Position numbers and translations under genes: made by a program. Source: Lobosporangium transversale (taxonomy: Eukaryota). Taken from it: a stretch of DNA of 64,000 nt. Within the stretch, counting starts at the first letter, position 1; the number at the start of each line of letters is the position of its first letter. This document shows, piece by piece, positions 36,384 to 49,206 of this stretch. The notes beneath the pieces are model-generated. The model did no database searches and was not told where the DNA came from. It saw only the letters and a program-made list of their open reading frames with translations. The DNA is taken from NCBI RefSeq assembly GCF_002105155.1, contig NW_019028988.1, positions 682,001-746,000 on the forward strand. The letters are read 5' to 3'.

Positions 36384-39300
36384 CTACCAGTCGATAAATC
36401 GATCCAATGTGGCCGTACCGTCTTGAATTTCCTTCTGTACTTTTTTGCGCATGTAAAAAATAGGACAATCCTTACTTGTGCACAGCACTTCTTGATGCAA
36501 TGACCCTTGACACCGCTGACACTGTGTCCAAAGTCTTGAAAATCGGACCTCCAGTTCATTAACAATATTCCGCTGCTTCTGATAGAGCTCAGGAGCACGA
36601 CTTTTGCAGCCAGAGCAGACCGCTGATTCGTCTTTCTTAAGAGGTGTTTTACATCCGAGACACGTTGCAGTCTTCACTGCAAACTTCATCAATCCTCCGA
36701 TGGAAGGCGTTGAGACCTGGATCGTGCGTGTATGATCTCCAGTCACTACATGCATCCCAATTCCCATAAAATGGACATAATTAGACAAATAAAAAGTTTC
36801 CTCTTTTTCAATAGACTATATGGTCATTCAACCAAAAAAAAAAAAAAAAAAAAAAAAAAAGACTTACAAAGGGATTCTGCCTTGTCTCCGAGTATAGGCT
36901 CAAAAATTCGCATCAAAGGCTTTGATAACTGATTGTCAAGATAGTATTTGGTATCAATGGGAATGTTCTTTTCCAGAACATAAAGCGGATCCTCCGATTT
37001 ATCATAAGCAGCTACGCCCTTGCCGCCTTTGATAATGACATACGCTACACGATCACCCAGCCCTGGAGCTGATCCTGCATCACGTTGACGCATACGCTCT
37101 GCTAATTCAACGTGAGCCTGTTTATTTGCATAGTCTATAGATGGTTCAAGAAAGGGCACATTAGCACACAAAAGCATCCAATGTACATACTCAAGGCTGT
37201 TTTATGCCTACACAAGATGCCATACCTGTTTTACTGAGCGCCTTTGTAATCACAAGCTGAGCCATATCAATTTTGTTTTGGAGTAGGTCTGCAATGATCT
37301 GCTTTGTATATCTAATGAGCGGAATAAGTAAGGCAGGAGTTTGATCAAGCCGTTAGTATCACAATACTATCTCTTCCCGGCCTGCTAGTAATGTTCTACC
37401 TTAGGCGCATATACTAAACAGAAGTAGCTGCCTTACTCTTGTGCTCCAACTACGTCGCGATCAATTAGGATTTTACGAAGGCAAGTGTCAATTACACTTT
37501 GAACGAGGCGGCAATTATCGCGACGAACAGTCTAAATGGCAATAAGTGATAAACCGGGGTCAACTTCAGAACTAACCACAATGTGTCTTGAGAAGTCATC
37601 TGATTCACTACTACAATCCCTGAAATACATACTTCAATTCCTTTGGTATCCATCTTATCGTACTTCTCTGGACGCGTCCAGTACAATCCTGCATATCGCT
37701 TTTTGTTAATTAACAAATAGGGGAAGTAAACCTTCTCAAATTCTAGCTTGATGGGCTTTTCAAACTTCTCCGTGACAAGCTCTGCGGCCTGTCGACCCAA
37801 CTCCATGGCTTGTTCCAATTCCTTAACACCAAACTTCACCATTACAGAATCCGTGTCTCCGTAAATAACCTCTGCTGTGTGTGAATACCCATTCTCCACT
37901 GTGAATATTGACTCTACTTCTTGCTTAGTCCTTTCAATCATAACACGTCCGTAAGCAGTGACGCTAGACGAGATTTGAAGACAAGGCAGTTTTCCAATAG
38001 TAGCACCAGTAAAGCCATATACGGAATTAGCACTGATTTTCAACGCTAATTGACGACCATCCAATACGGCACGCTTAAAAGGATCCGTTTCTTTTTTAAG
38101 ATCCGCCTTGGCGCGCTTACGAGCGTCAAGTAGATCTGTTAAAATAATTGGTAGCAGCCCCTTGCGTCTCTCCGCTTTAACAAACGCATCGTTGTTTGGT
38201 GTCACCACATAGTCTATATCCTTGACTAGATTGAATTTCTGGATAACAGCCGGGGTCAGTAACGTTGTGTAGCAAAGATTGTGAGCCATCATAATGGATG
38301 GATATAGGGATGCGAAATCCAGAGTAGCGATAGGGACATCATAATAGCCCTTGCGAGGTTCGATGACAGTGGCTCCTTCATATTGGTCTTCATTGCCTTG
38401 GCTGTTAATAGCAGGGATAACAAATCCATTTTCTAACGCTTTGCGGTATAACTGTGATACGACCTTAATTTGTTGTCCACGCGCGAGGAGATAATTGAAT
38501 GGAACCCCTGTAACTCTTGCCATTTCAATGTAATTGATTAGGCACATGAGCTTATCCATAAGTCGTTGCGGCAAATATGCATCCTTTAAGCAATAGACTG
38601 CAAGTCGCCGACGTGTTTCTTCATTTCCGTTTTGTAGCTCAGTAATGATGGAATGATGTACGTCTTCTTTTTGTTCACCTAGGTAGGAAAAAAATTGAGG
38701 AACAAAAAAAAAGTGAATTAAGAAGTTGAGTTGGTTAATCATATCAAACATATATTAACCAGATTATTCAGATATACATACCCAAGAATTCTGCACAGAC
38801 AGCATTAAGCGTATAGGAACGTAACTTATAATCTCGCTGCATAACCTGAAGCATATCTAGCTGGAGACGGCCCTCCATATTGATGGCCTTATTTTCACGG
38901 TTTCCATAGGCTTTGGATGAGAATTTTGTATCTTTGGCCTCTGTTCTGATATCTGAAGCATTACAAGTATAGTACATTCCAGATTCATTAATTATTCACA
39001 TTTTTCACATTTATAAAATACGTTCCTTCATAAAAAGTTGATAGTTAATAACGTATTACCATTGAGTCGACCAAGGAAGGGGAACTTATTAACGCCAAGA
39101 TATTTAGCACGATCCAGCAGATATGGAAAGTCGAAATTTGAGGTGTTATATCCGATTACAACATCAGGATCCACCTTCCTGACGAAATCTGCCCATGCAG
39201 CAAGCAGATCTTCCTCTCGGTCGAAAGACATAGTGTGAGTCCCGACAATATGTGCACATGTGTTTAGGACCATGACATTCCGGATAAAAGGCTTTGACTC

Positions 39301-40576
39301 CCCCTGGACAGTAATCATAGATGCAATCTGGATTACTGGATCACTCTTGGGCTCAGGAAATATACCTTTCCGGCCCGCACACTCAATATCAAAGCTCATG
39401 ATCCTGAGGGGCGCAATCTTAGACCAATCTCCTTCAGGCTGGTGACTGATTAGCTTGTCATAGCTAATTTCGACATTGATCTGTGCATTCGAATTCGAGT
39501 CCTCCCGCATTTGATAAGTACCCGAGGGCAACTCAATCCAGTTTGCACCTTTAATCTTGCAATCAATCATGAACCGCAGCAAGTAAGCAATATTGCTTTC
39601 GTAGGTTGTTTTAATACCATCTGAAAAACCTGGGCATTTAATCCCACGCTCAATGGCTCGCTTTGCCGTAGGAACATTCTTGGGGTCTTTAAGTGTAATT
39701 TTAAGGAAAGGAGACTGTTCGCCCCCATGATAACCATATATAGATTCTTTCAGTTTCCATTCGACCTTAACAACGCTGTTATTCCTCTCTATGCCGGTCT
39801 ATGTCATGAAAAGTAGGTATTGGGGTGAGAATGTGATTTCACCTAACAAAGGCCTCCATGGTAACTCCATTCATATCGATGCTCTCCTACTTCGAGTGCT
39901 GTTTTGAAGGTTGGGATATTCTCGACCTTGAAGCCCATTGGCGCAGGAACATAAAAATAGGGTAAGAACCCAGTAACATGGCAAATAACACTGTTCCCGA
40001 TCTATCATTGCAAATGACATCGTGTTAGCCATGCTAACCTGAACTACTCCAAAGTCCTGGTATTAGTTACGCACCTCAGTGATTCCATAAAAGCGAACTA
40101 CAGGTGTGTGCGCTATCGAATCCATGTATTCATCTGCCTCGATTTGTTGGAAGACTAGAAGTCGAAAGCAAAACAAGCTGTTTAATGGCGAAGATCTAAT
40201 ACAGTAGTCTTTTTTCTTATTATGCTCTTCATTATACCTATTGAATCTGCTGCAGGATCAATTTTTTTATAAATAGGTCTTTGCCAAAGCAAAGAGGGGT
40301 CATCAACTGGTATCGTGTAATCCACATCCATGTCCATATCCATATCATTCAAATAAATAAAAGAAACAGGGGAGAGATGTGAAGGAAGCCGTTAAAAAGT
40401 TGCTCAATTTTGTCATGTAGAATAAACATGTCATTGAGCTGTAATGGACCTTTCAAAGCCTGTGTTGTCTCCTGTAATTCTTCCAATTCATCCAGAAAGG
40501 ATGAGCGAGACTGTAATAAAGCTGGCTTTCCCGAACTGATGCGACGCTTCTTGGCAGTATGTTCATCCTGTGACAT
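36384..40576 (-). CDS. POL3: DNA polymerase delta catalytic subunit, multi-exon
   Basis: Exonuclease SFDIEC and GYNTSNFD; polymerase [23 protein letters not shown] and YGDTDS; C-terminal CysA/CysB ([22 protein letters not shown]). Confidence 0.98.
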
Positions 40577-40792
40577 GGTAGGGTAGTGTGCTCTGACAAA
40601 TGTGAATATATTTAGAATTAGCAGAAAGATAGAAAAGTCCTTGGCAAGGGTCAGAATTAAAGCCAATAAACAACAATAAACATTTTTTCGTGGCGTCTTT
40701 TAACTCTACCTACTTTGGACGCGTCTGTTTTGGAATAGGTTAAATGATGCCAGTCACGAGTCCAAGTTTCATTTTAGTCTTTTTTTGGCGTG

Positions 40793-42320
40793 ATGGAAGC
40801 GGCGATTGATACGGCAGACCTTTCCTACAAAGGCATGAAGGGTGGCAAAGTGGACATCCTTCACTTCACAAATGAAGAGCGGGTCTCTGTACTTAAATAC
40901 CTTTGGCGGCGCAGGCGTTATAGGCAGCCCTCGTGATACACCAACTCAAACTGTCTATGTTCTCTGAGGAAAACCCTCCGAAAACAGATATTTGATAACT
41001 AGGAAAAGGCCGGTGGAACCCCTGTGAACGAGTTAAAGCACCTATACGTCAGGCAGGTTTACAAGAACCCTTACCAAGGAGTTAATAAGAAATTTGACCA
41101 TCCAAACAGCGACAAAATATTGCTATCACATGAACTGTGCAGGCATTGGGAAATCAGCCTTTCTTGTATACTTCTCCGTCTGTTTGCTTACCGAAAGTGA
41201 AGGCGACAAAACACCGATTATTATTTTCCAGGAAAAGAAAACAAAGAGTGCTATGCATTTGGAGGCCTATCTCTATGCGTAGTGGGGAGCTTAAGGATTT
41301 TAAATATTCCCTGACTTACCCGAAGCATAGCTCCTAATGGATAGTTCTGCAGCTCCATCACTTCCGCAGGCCAAAGCTATTATCTCAGTGTTACCAAAGA
41401 CTTTATATTCTAATTCTCACCAGCCCTATTGAAATGTTAACAAGCGAGTACAGTGGACATATTGCATGGCTCCGCGGATGCTGGAGGAATTGAAATTATG
41501 CTGCAAGAAGGTTAGAAGCTTTCACGTAAGTACTGAAGATCTTTTGGAAGAACTCTATGGGGAGTAGGAGGCGTAGCAAGATAAACCCCTGAGGAGCCGA
41601 CGAAGGTGCTGTCCAATGAGTTAAATGACCTCGAAGGCCAGGAAGGCATACGAAACTGTTGAAGTAGCTCTCACCAACCTAAAAAAGTCAACGCAGCTCA
41701 TGCGATACTTTGAAGCTAAGGGCAATCCATACAAACCAGTGACCTTCCTCACTGTTGGCCAGCGGAAATATTCGAACCTATCGTTTGGAATGGGCTTCAG
41801 GGTATGTTGCAGCTCGGATCTTTCAATTAATGAAAAAAGACACCTATAAAAGAGCATTGACGAAGGCCCCCAAAGGCGATAGAACAGCCAGGGGATCATT
41901 GTTTGAGCTAGTCGTACGATTTTATTCTGGAAAGGCAGACATATATATAAAGCAAGGAACCTTGAGGATGCACTCGACATTACTATCACAATCCTAACCA
42001 AATCTCATTAAAGTTTTTTTGATGGGATTGAAGAAGTGTATCCAGAAACATTATGTATACCAAATAGCTCCAATTTCCCTTGTGTTGACATGGTATTTTC
42101 TAGCCATTTATTTCAAATTACTCTATCCAAGTGACATCCCGTTGAGTGCAGGCCCTTCACAAGACTTCTTGAGAAGCTCAAAAAAAGGAGTGGGTTGGAT
42201 CTAAAGAAATCTTGTTAGTTTTAATTGTTTTTACAGAAATCTATGAAGATTTCAAATTCCAAAAGTACTTGACATCTACTGATGCAAAAGTCGAATGTAA
42301 ACAATACGTTTAGTGATTGA
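40793..42320 (+). pseudogene. Decayed Crinkler-type P-loop NTPase plus C-terminal nuclease-like gene, N-terminal header missing
   Basis: Ordered fragments across frames: HLYVRQVY, AGIGKSAFLVYF (Walker A), LPEA*LLMDS..AKAIISVLPKTL, YCMAPRMLEELK, LEWASGYV, GSLFEL, PNSSNFPCVD, LFQITLSK*HP, IYEDFKFQKY and VKQYV. Confidence 0.7.
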
Positions 42321-42349
42321 TAATATGGATTTAGCTACCACTAAATCTT

Positions 42350-43185
42350 CATGGAGGAAGACGACAGGCAATAAAAATTAGTTGTTTAGTTTTAAAATAG
42401 ACATAAAATATGCCAACGAGCCTCTGCGGACATAGAGCCATAATGAGTCTTGTAAGTCGTGGATACGAGATTCATCTGAAGACGAAAGAGTTGCATCACT
42501 GGAATTACCGATTCTAAACAATCGGATCTGGTGATATCCGTTGTACACCACTACTGGGGAGACTGCGCACGAATTAGTTAGCAGATCGCTGATGATGATG
42601 ATCGACCTGCCCTCGAATTACAGCTTTCCCAGCTTAAGTATTCTCGTAGAGACTCGCTCTATAGCCTCGATGTTGCCCACAGTCGGGGATTGATCAACTT
42701 TCATCGTTGGCAGTAGAATTGTTATCAACTTTTTTGGCTTGAGAGCGTCGATCTTGTGCATTTGGACCACATGCTTACCATACTGGTCAGAATAACGTTA
42801 CAAGACGTCAGAGATATGAAATCAATGCATGCTTTCCTTGCGGAGGCCCTCAGGAGGGAAGGCCGACATTTCAAGATGAGTTCGATCGATTATGAATTGT
42901 TTGGGAAAGCTCGCCAAGATGCTCATCCATAATTGTCGTTGCTGTGGTGCCGCTCTCAAAACTATCATGGTCTTTTCAAATTTCTACCAATTTTGCTGGG
43001 CCATCATTTCGTTCAACAAGATCAGCTTTTTGTTTCACGAACGTATCCTCTGAGCTGTACGCCAACATAAGAAAACCGCACAATGACATTTTTTCCGCAT
43101 CCAGGATACGGAAGATCCTGCTAACAGCCTGTTGTTTGCCGGTGTACTCTGGAGTAGATTCGGGAACGACTTGGAAGCTGTCCAT
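42350..43185 (-). pseudogene. Decayed, apparently internally deleted DUF6589-like (putatively transposon-associated) gene
   Basis: GPAKLVEI*, LPTMKVDQSPTVGNIEAI..IIISDLLT (GD.LT-like) and VIPVMQLFRLQMNL..HYGS (LFHL.M-like), with stops and frameshifts. Confidence 0.55.
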
Positions 43186-43684
43186 ATTTCAAAGCTAAAG
43201 ATAATATCAAAAGCTATGCTTAGAAAAAGGAAGAATGACTCTTCCTATGAGGAGCAGTAGTTTTATTCTTTCAGTAATTCAAATACTTAAACATATACCT
43301 AAAAGACCAGGTATTTTTTTTTTTTGGTGAGGTTTAGAAATCCAAGCTATAGGTGTTGCTAGAGTGAGAGTTTTTCATTATGTTTGTTTGTTTTTGTTCT
43401 GGGTGGACCATGTATCACTATCTAAGTGTATGTAGGGAGACGGTCCGGAGACCATTAACTGCAGCCTCCTTCCTTTCGTGGCTCTGCGCCAAAATATTTC
43501 ATGTCTCCAGTCATAATTCAAGATAGAAAGGGCTGGGTCTAGCCACGCACCTTTGTTATAAAGTTGTATTAACATTTTCTGCATTCTGCATGATTTTGAG
43601 TACACGTCCGAGAGACACTAGACTATTCTGTTTGTATTTCTTTGTCGTATTGCAAAAAAGGGAAACTTGTCTATCTTCCTCTCT

Positions 43685-44653
43685 TTAAAGCTTGAGATAG
43701 GTCTTGCGAAGGGCTTCAAGTTTTTCGTTATTAGTCTCTTTCGTCTTCCAGTCCATAGTAAGCCCCTCATCTTCAGAAGGCTTGGGAATAACATGGAAAT
43801 GGACGTGATCGACAGCCTTTTCGATCAAAAATAAAATAAAATAACAACACTCATCAGGCGACAACTCTCAAAAAATATCATCTAGGCAATCTATTTGCTT
43901 TCAAACAAAATTTATACCTGATGAGCAATGCGCCCATTGTTCTGCAGGATGTTGTAATCCTTGCACCCAATGGCTTGAGCAACTTTCTTGGCGGTGGGCA
44001 ATAGATCAACCATCTCAGAGTCAGGAAGCTCGTGTAGGAACTGTGCATGGTCTTTTTTTTTTTTTTTTTTTTTTTTAGATAAGAACAATATTATATTAAC
44101 ATGGCCGATACAGTTTAAAAGAGTGCAAGAATCGGCGTTAGATTAATCGTAAGCTTTGAGACAGTAGCCTATTCATGCATAGTTTCGTTTAAAAAATAAA
44201 TAAAAAAATAAAAAAGAGTTGGGCCTTACACTTTGGGATCACAACCTAGATATATCGAAGAGAATAGAAGTGCTTAGTCTATGTATCTTCTCACGTTCAT
44301 TTATTAGTAATTGATTCGGAAGGTAATATGAAAACATACAGTGTGACCCTCACTGAGAGGTCCAATGTCGAGAAAAGCCAGACTATTGAGCAGAACAAGA
44401 AGAGAGGATATTTAGGGTAAATGAAGTGATAGTGAATAAAAACTTCAAAGAAAAAGCTCAATTAATTCTGTCGCCATTCATCAATAAAATGAGATAGCTT
44501 TAATAGGTTGACTTTCAACGCGTTACTATTATTTATTATTCACGTTTTTGGCATGCTTTCAAGACAGTACCTATGCTCGGTCTCGAATAGAACCTTGGCG
44601 GGGATTTCGCGCTTGATGATGCGGCAAAAGATGCAGGCAGCGTTAGAGGCCAT
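43685..44653 (-). CDS. HNT1: HIT-family nucleotide hydrolase Hnt1/HINT; 5 exons including a 16-nt micro-exon 44245-44230
   Basis: CIFCRII, AFLDIGPLSEGHT|VVIPK|YHAQFLHELPD, YNILQNNGRIAHQ, HVHFHVIPKP. Confidence 0.95.
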
Positions 44654-44867
44654 TGAGAATGAATAATTGTGGTTAAAGTCGTAAAAAGTGAAATGTGTAG
44701 AAGTGGAACTTGTGGGAAAAAAAAAGAGCACTGTTTTAGTGTCACGTGGACAGAAACAATGTAAGAAGGCAAGAGCAGCGAGCAGCGAGAAATCATTTGG
44801 TGTTGGTGCCCAAAGTATGTGTGTACATGTTTTCTAATTCATCTTCACTGACCTTTAGTGACACGAC

Positions 44868-45529
44868 ATGCTAAGCAACATCCCACGCCTTATCTGTATG
44901 CCTCCTCGTAGTGTTGGCCATGTTTTGCATCAGCGTCTGTTCATGCAGGTGCGCTTTTTTTTTTTTGCACCAGTTATCCATGATATGACAAGAATAAATG
45001 ATGTTCTGACATCCTTCGCCTATTTCTATTTATCATGCTTATTTTGTAGTCGGCGCTCACTCAAAAGTCCTTCCCACAGCTTGTGCAAGAGATCAAGGCT
45101 AGCAATAAAAACATTCATCATATCTCTCCCAGGGACCTTCACGCATTAAAATCAAACACTTATAGCTCTGCTCAAAACCCACGATTGCCTCCTCACATCA
45201 TTGATGTTCGTGAACGACATGAAGTTGAGACTACAGGCACCATTCCAGGAGCCATTGTCTTGCCGAGAGGTATCCTCGAAAGAGATGTTGGCAAGTACTT
45301 GAAGCAAAATGATCCAAGGGATGTGGTCGTTTATTGTGCGGGCGGCTTCAGATCGATCCTTGCCGCTGAGTCTCTTGTTAGATTAGGATATGGTGTTGAT
45401 GAGAACGAACAGAGCGGAGGAGCGGAAGCTGTATCGAATGAAAAAGACATGCCAAAAGTATGGAGCCTTGACGAGGGCATGGATGGTTGGATCAAAAGTG
45501 GTTATGAGGTTGAGAAAAAAAGCAAGTGA
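44868..45529 (+). CDS. Single-domain rhodanese/sulfurtransferase, probably mitochondrial; exons 44868-44948, 45050-45529
   Basis: IIDVRERHE..GTIPGA..PRGILE, VVVYCAGGFRS (active-site Cys) and SLDEGMDGW; Arg-rich, acid-free exon 1. Confidence 0.9.
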
Positions 45530-45723
45530 GGGGTGTCAACAGTATTTAATAAAATTGCATTCAAAAAAGGCGGTATCCGGGGACATCAAATGGTTCTTCA
45601 AATCACACGATGCATTTAAATAAAAGCCACGGTGACATGCACAGAGTAAACAACCGCCATGCATGCAATTGAACCATAACCTACTTCCTTTACAACCTCA
45701 ATTTACCACAGCCACGATTTCTA

Positions 45724-46230
45724 ATGTCCTCAGCAGCAACTCCTTCCACACAAACTGTCCTTAGTCTCTATAGATCCTACCTAAGAGTGATCAACAAATG
45801 GCCCACTGATCCTATCCGTCCTACTCGCAATATGAAGACTGCACTCCGGAGCCAGGTCATGGAGTCGTTTCGATCTCCCCTCAACGCTACAGCAGGACCC
45901 AACAATGCTGCCGACACTCTTGCCTCAAGAGTGGCCGATGCCCGAGTTCAACTCGAAGCTTTGCAGAAGATCGCACAAAATGAGTTCAAACAAAAGGTGG
46001 GGAATGTTGTAGAATTCACGACCAGAGAGATGTATATGAACTCAGCACTGACTTTTTATTTCTTTCTCCAGTATCCTCTCTCATCGAAGTTGCTGACCCC
46101 CGCCAGCAATCCCAACTATTACTCTAAGCTTGTTGATATGCTGGAGAAAGAGACAGCCAAGAAGAATATTGAGGCCATTGGAAAGAAGGGACCAACCTTT
46201 TTCCAAAAGCTCTTTAGAACGGCCAAATAG
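45724..46230 (+). CDS. Complex III assembly factor UQCC2/Cbp6-like; probable intron 45997-46071
   Basis: LYRSYLRVINKWPTDPIRP..., LEALQKIAQNEFKQK|YPLS..LLTPASNPNYY pattern of the UQCC2/Cbp6 family. Confidence 0.7.
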   Translation: MSSAATPSTQTVLSLYRSYLRVINKWPTDPIRPTRNMKTALRSQVMESFRSPLNATAGPNNAADTLASRVADARVQLEALQKIAQNEFKQKVGNVVEFTTREMYMNSALTFYFFLQYPLSSKLLTPASNPNYYSKLVDMLEKETAKKNIEAIGKKGPTFFQKLFRTAK

Positions 46231-46556
46231 GAAGAAAACAAAGGATCACAATCATGAACTACATTATGGAATGCTCGTCTTGTATAATAACAAAATAAAT
46301 TCGACCCAACACGTTCGCCATTGACTGTTGTTTTTTTTTTTTTTTTATTGTGCATTTTGCATTCTTCAGTCGCAGGATATTAAGCGGTCATGCGATTGCA
46401 GTCGTTCCAGTACCTATGCCTGCGCTCGCTCGTGAGACTCTGCCAACCTTCCACGCTTCATTTTCTTTTTTCTCGGCTATGCAATGGATTGCTGTGACAC
46501 ATCTAATTTGGCATGATTCATGCCGTATCATCCATTATATCATACATTTTGGTCCT

Positions 46557-47029
46557 TTACATCTGGACCATGATTTGTGCATTCTCCACACCAACCTCTG
46601 CAAGGGTCTTGTCAACATCATCCAAAAGCTGCTTACCAATAAACACAAGCTGACGAGAAATAAAGGGGAATGTGAAAAAAAGTAACGGATTAGATTTATC
46701 GTCTATTCATTTTACTTCACGCAGTGAGTATGCATTTTTTAGTACATAGCTTACTTCAAATGATTGTGTACGCGCATCTTCAACCTCTGCTTTGACAAAC
46801 TCAAACAACGCACGAACTGGAGCATCTTTTGGGAACCGGCGCATCAGCCGTGAACCATCGCTAAGGCGAAACCCAATCCTAGTCGATGTAGCAGGATCGG
46901 TAGGCTCCTCGTGGCGTACAGGTTTTATACTGTCAAAAACCGATACTTCTGGCTCTACAGGAGTTGCTTCTAGAGGCACAATAGAGTAATAGACACGATG
47001 TTTTAATCAGAAGGTTAAATGTAAAAGCT

Positions 47030-47075
<46 letters not shown>

Positions 47076-48809
47076 AATACCTTCGAATGAATCTGAAATC
47101 GGCGTGTTTACTTCATCATCTCCAAGGTCAACGGCGTTTGAAGTATCACCCCCCATAGAAGCCACCAAAGCCGCATGCAGCTGCTCCTCCTCTGTCATAT
47201 CTGACACATCTTTGACGGTCTTCTTTTTCTTTGGTTGCGAAGGCTTTGAGGTTGAATCTGTGAGCGAATGAACTTCAAGAAATTCGGATACTAAACGTTG
47301 GCGTAATTTGACGAACATGTAAGCCACAAAGTCCCTTGATTTGATTAAATGCTTAAGCTATAGCTGGTTATACGAAGCTTACCATCAGAGAGGAAGTCCA
47401 CTGGATCAATGGTCTTGCTCCATACATGCATCCTCTCGGCTATCAGTAATCATACATTAGGGAGAATGACGTAGTCATATTTAGCATCAGCTGCATATTT
47501 AAAGAAAAAAAAGAAAAAAAAAAAAAAAAAAAAGAGTACCTGTTCTTGGGTCGATGATTGCAATATGAGGGAATGTCTGGAGAGGATAATATGCAGCATA
47601 TTTTTTCCCTTCAACACTATCAGAGTAGAACTGTATAGTTGAGGATTAGAGTCGGATATCGATATAACAAAGCCTAAAGAAGTATTCCATAGATGTCCAC
47701 AAATATGCTGACATCTAACATACTTGGAGAAAGATAAAATTCTCTTTAACATGCTCCTTCACACTTGGATCGCTCCAGAGATCACGGTTCAGAACTTGAC
47801 AAGCAAACACTCCTGCTTCTTGAATATTGACCATGAGCCATTTCATTTCTTTCTTGGCAACATTACGACTCTAAAATAAAACCAGTAAGCATATGACCAT
47901 ACATTATTCCATAGTTAGCCACTTGTTCCAAAGTCATATAAATCAAACATTAAAGAATGGGGTAGAGATCGACTTGGTTATCAATGTACCTGATCAAAAT
48001 TTCCTCGGGCCATAATATCCAAAGGAGCTTTAAAAAGATCAGCCAGCCTCGATGTCTTGGGACTGGTCTCACCCCCTAATGTGGCAGCCTCCGCGGCAAA
48101 GTCACGAAAAGCATCTCGGGCCAAACTTGAAGAGTCAGGAGGTAAAAATACTGATGGAGCAGGACGGGATCCTAAAAAATAGCAATTAAAAACATGTGAT
48201 CAGAAAAATTTCGCCAAGTTTGTTGAACATGCATGAAAATTTCATCTTTGGTCCCATTTCCACAAGTGGTTGAAAGTAGTAAATACGTACGAGAAGATCC
48301 GCCATAAAGAGGTGACGACCGATCGCCATAATCATCACTAATCAACATTTCGTGTCTAGGTGCTATCGGTGCACGAATAGTGCTCGCGGCTTTTGTATCC
48401 TCCTCCTGAAGTGAACGCGCTAGCTCTTCGTCCTGATCGAGATATCCACCTGGAGATCCACTGTTAGATGAATTCCGTGAGCGACGAGTACTCGCATTAT
48501 CACCGCTATTGTTGTTGGTTACTGGTGTTGTTCCTGCCAAGTCAACGCCGCCGCTTTCCATGTATAATGTGATGGCACGCTCCAATGATCCTTCACAGAC
48601 CTGAAAGAAAAAACAAATAAAAAAAAAAAAAGGAAGTAAGGCCGTGGAGGCGTTCGCTTAGTAGTCAAATCTACTCTTCGGCCAAAAAAATCTACAAGCT
48701 CAGTAAAGGTAGTCATAATACTTACTGTCAAATAGTTTGAGGCGACATCAGGGTCTGCAGAGGTGATAGTACAGAACTGAACAATGTCTTCATGGTTAGT
48801 ATCCCCCAT
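46557..48809 (-). CDS. UBA-UAS-UIM-UBX p97/Cdc48 cofactor (UBXN7/Ubx5-like), multi-exon
   Basis: QFCTITSAD..ASNYL, IRAPIAP, RLADLFKAPLDI, WLMVNIQEAGVFACQVLNRDLWSD, TEEEQLHAALVASM (UIM), TRIGFRLSDGSRLMRRF (UBX). Confidence 0.9.
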
Positions 48810-49206
48810 ATTGAGAAACTTCAATCAAAAATAAAATAGAATACAGAGAAAAAAGGTGGATACGTGTGTGGATATTTATGTTTTAAATGGTTAAGGAAAA
48901 AGCACTGCAAGAAGTGGGAAATGAAATGCTGAATGCAAACAAAAATGAATGAGAATGAAACTTGAATTGTGCGCAAGTGTAAAACGTCATTCAAAATTGA
49001 CAGTCACTGATGGCAACACAAAAGTTAAGCTTACAACAATTGTTCATTAAGCTTGTTGCATCAACATTTTCGCTTCACTCATTCCTTTTCTTTTCTCGCC
49101 AGTCGTCACTTTCACTCGCTGTATCCCTGATCCAGCTACTGTATTCATCTTTACAAGCTTATTCCACCTCACTGTCGGACGATACTTCCTCCTTTCTTCT
49201 CAGATC

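Noticed and set aside
41890..42000. TPR-like reading of KADIYIKQG
   Set aside because: Better explained as part of the colinear Crinkler-type relic.
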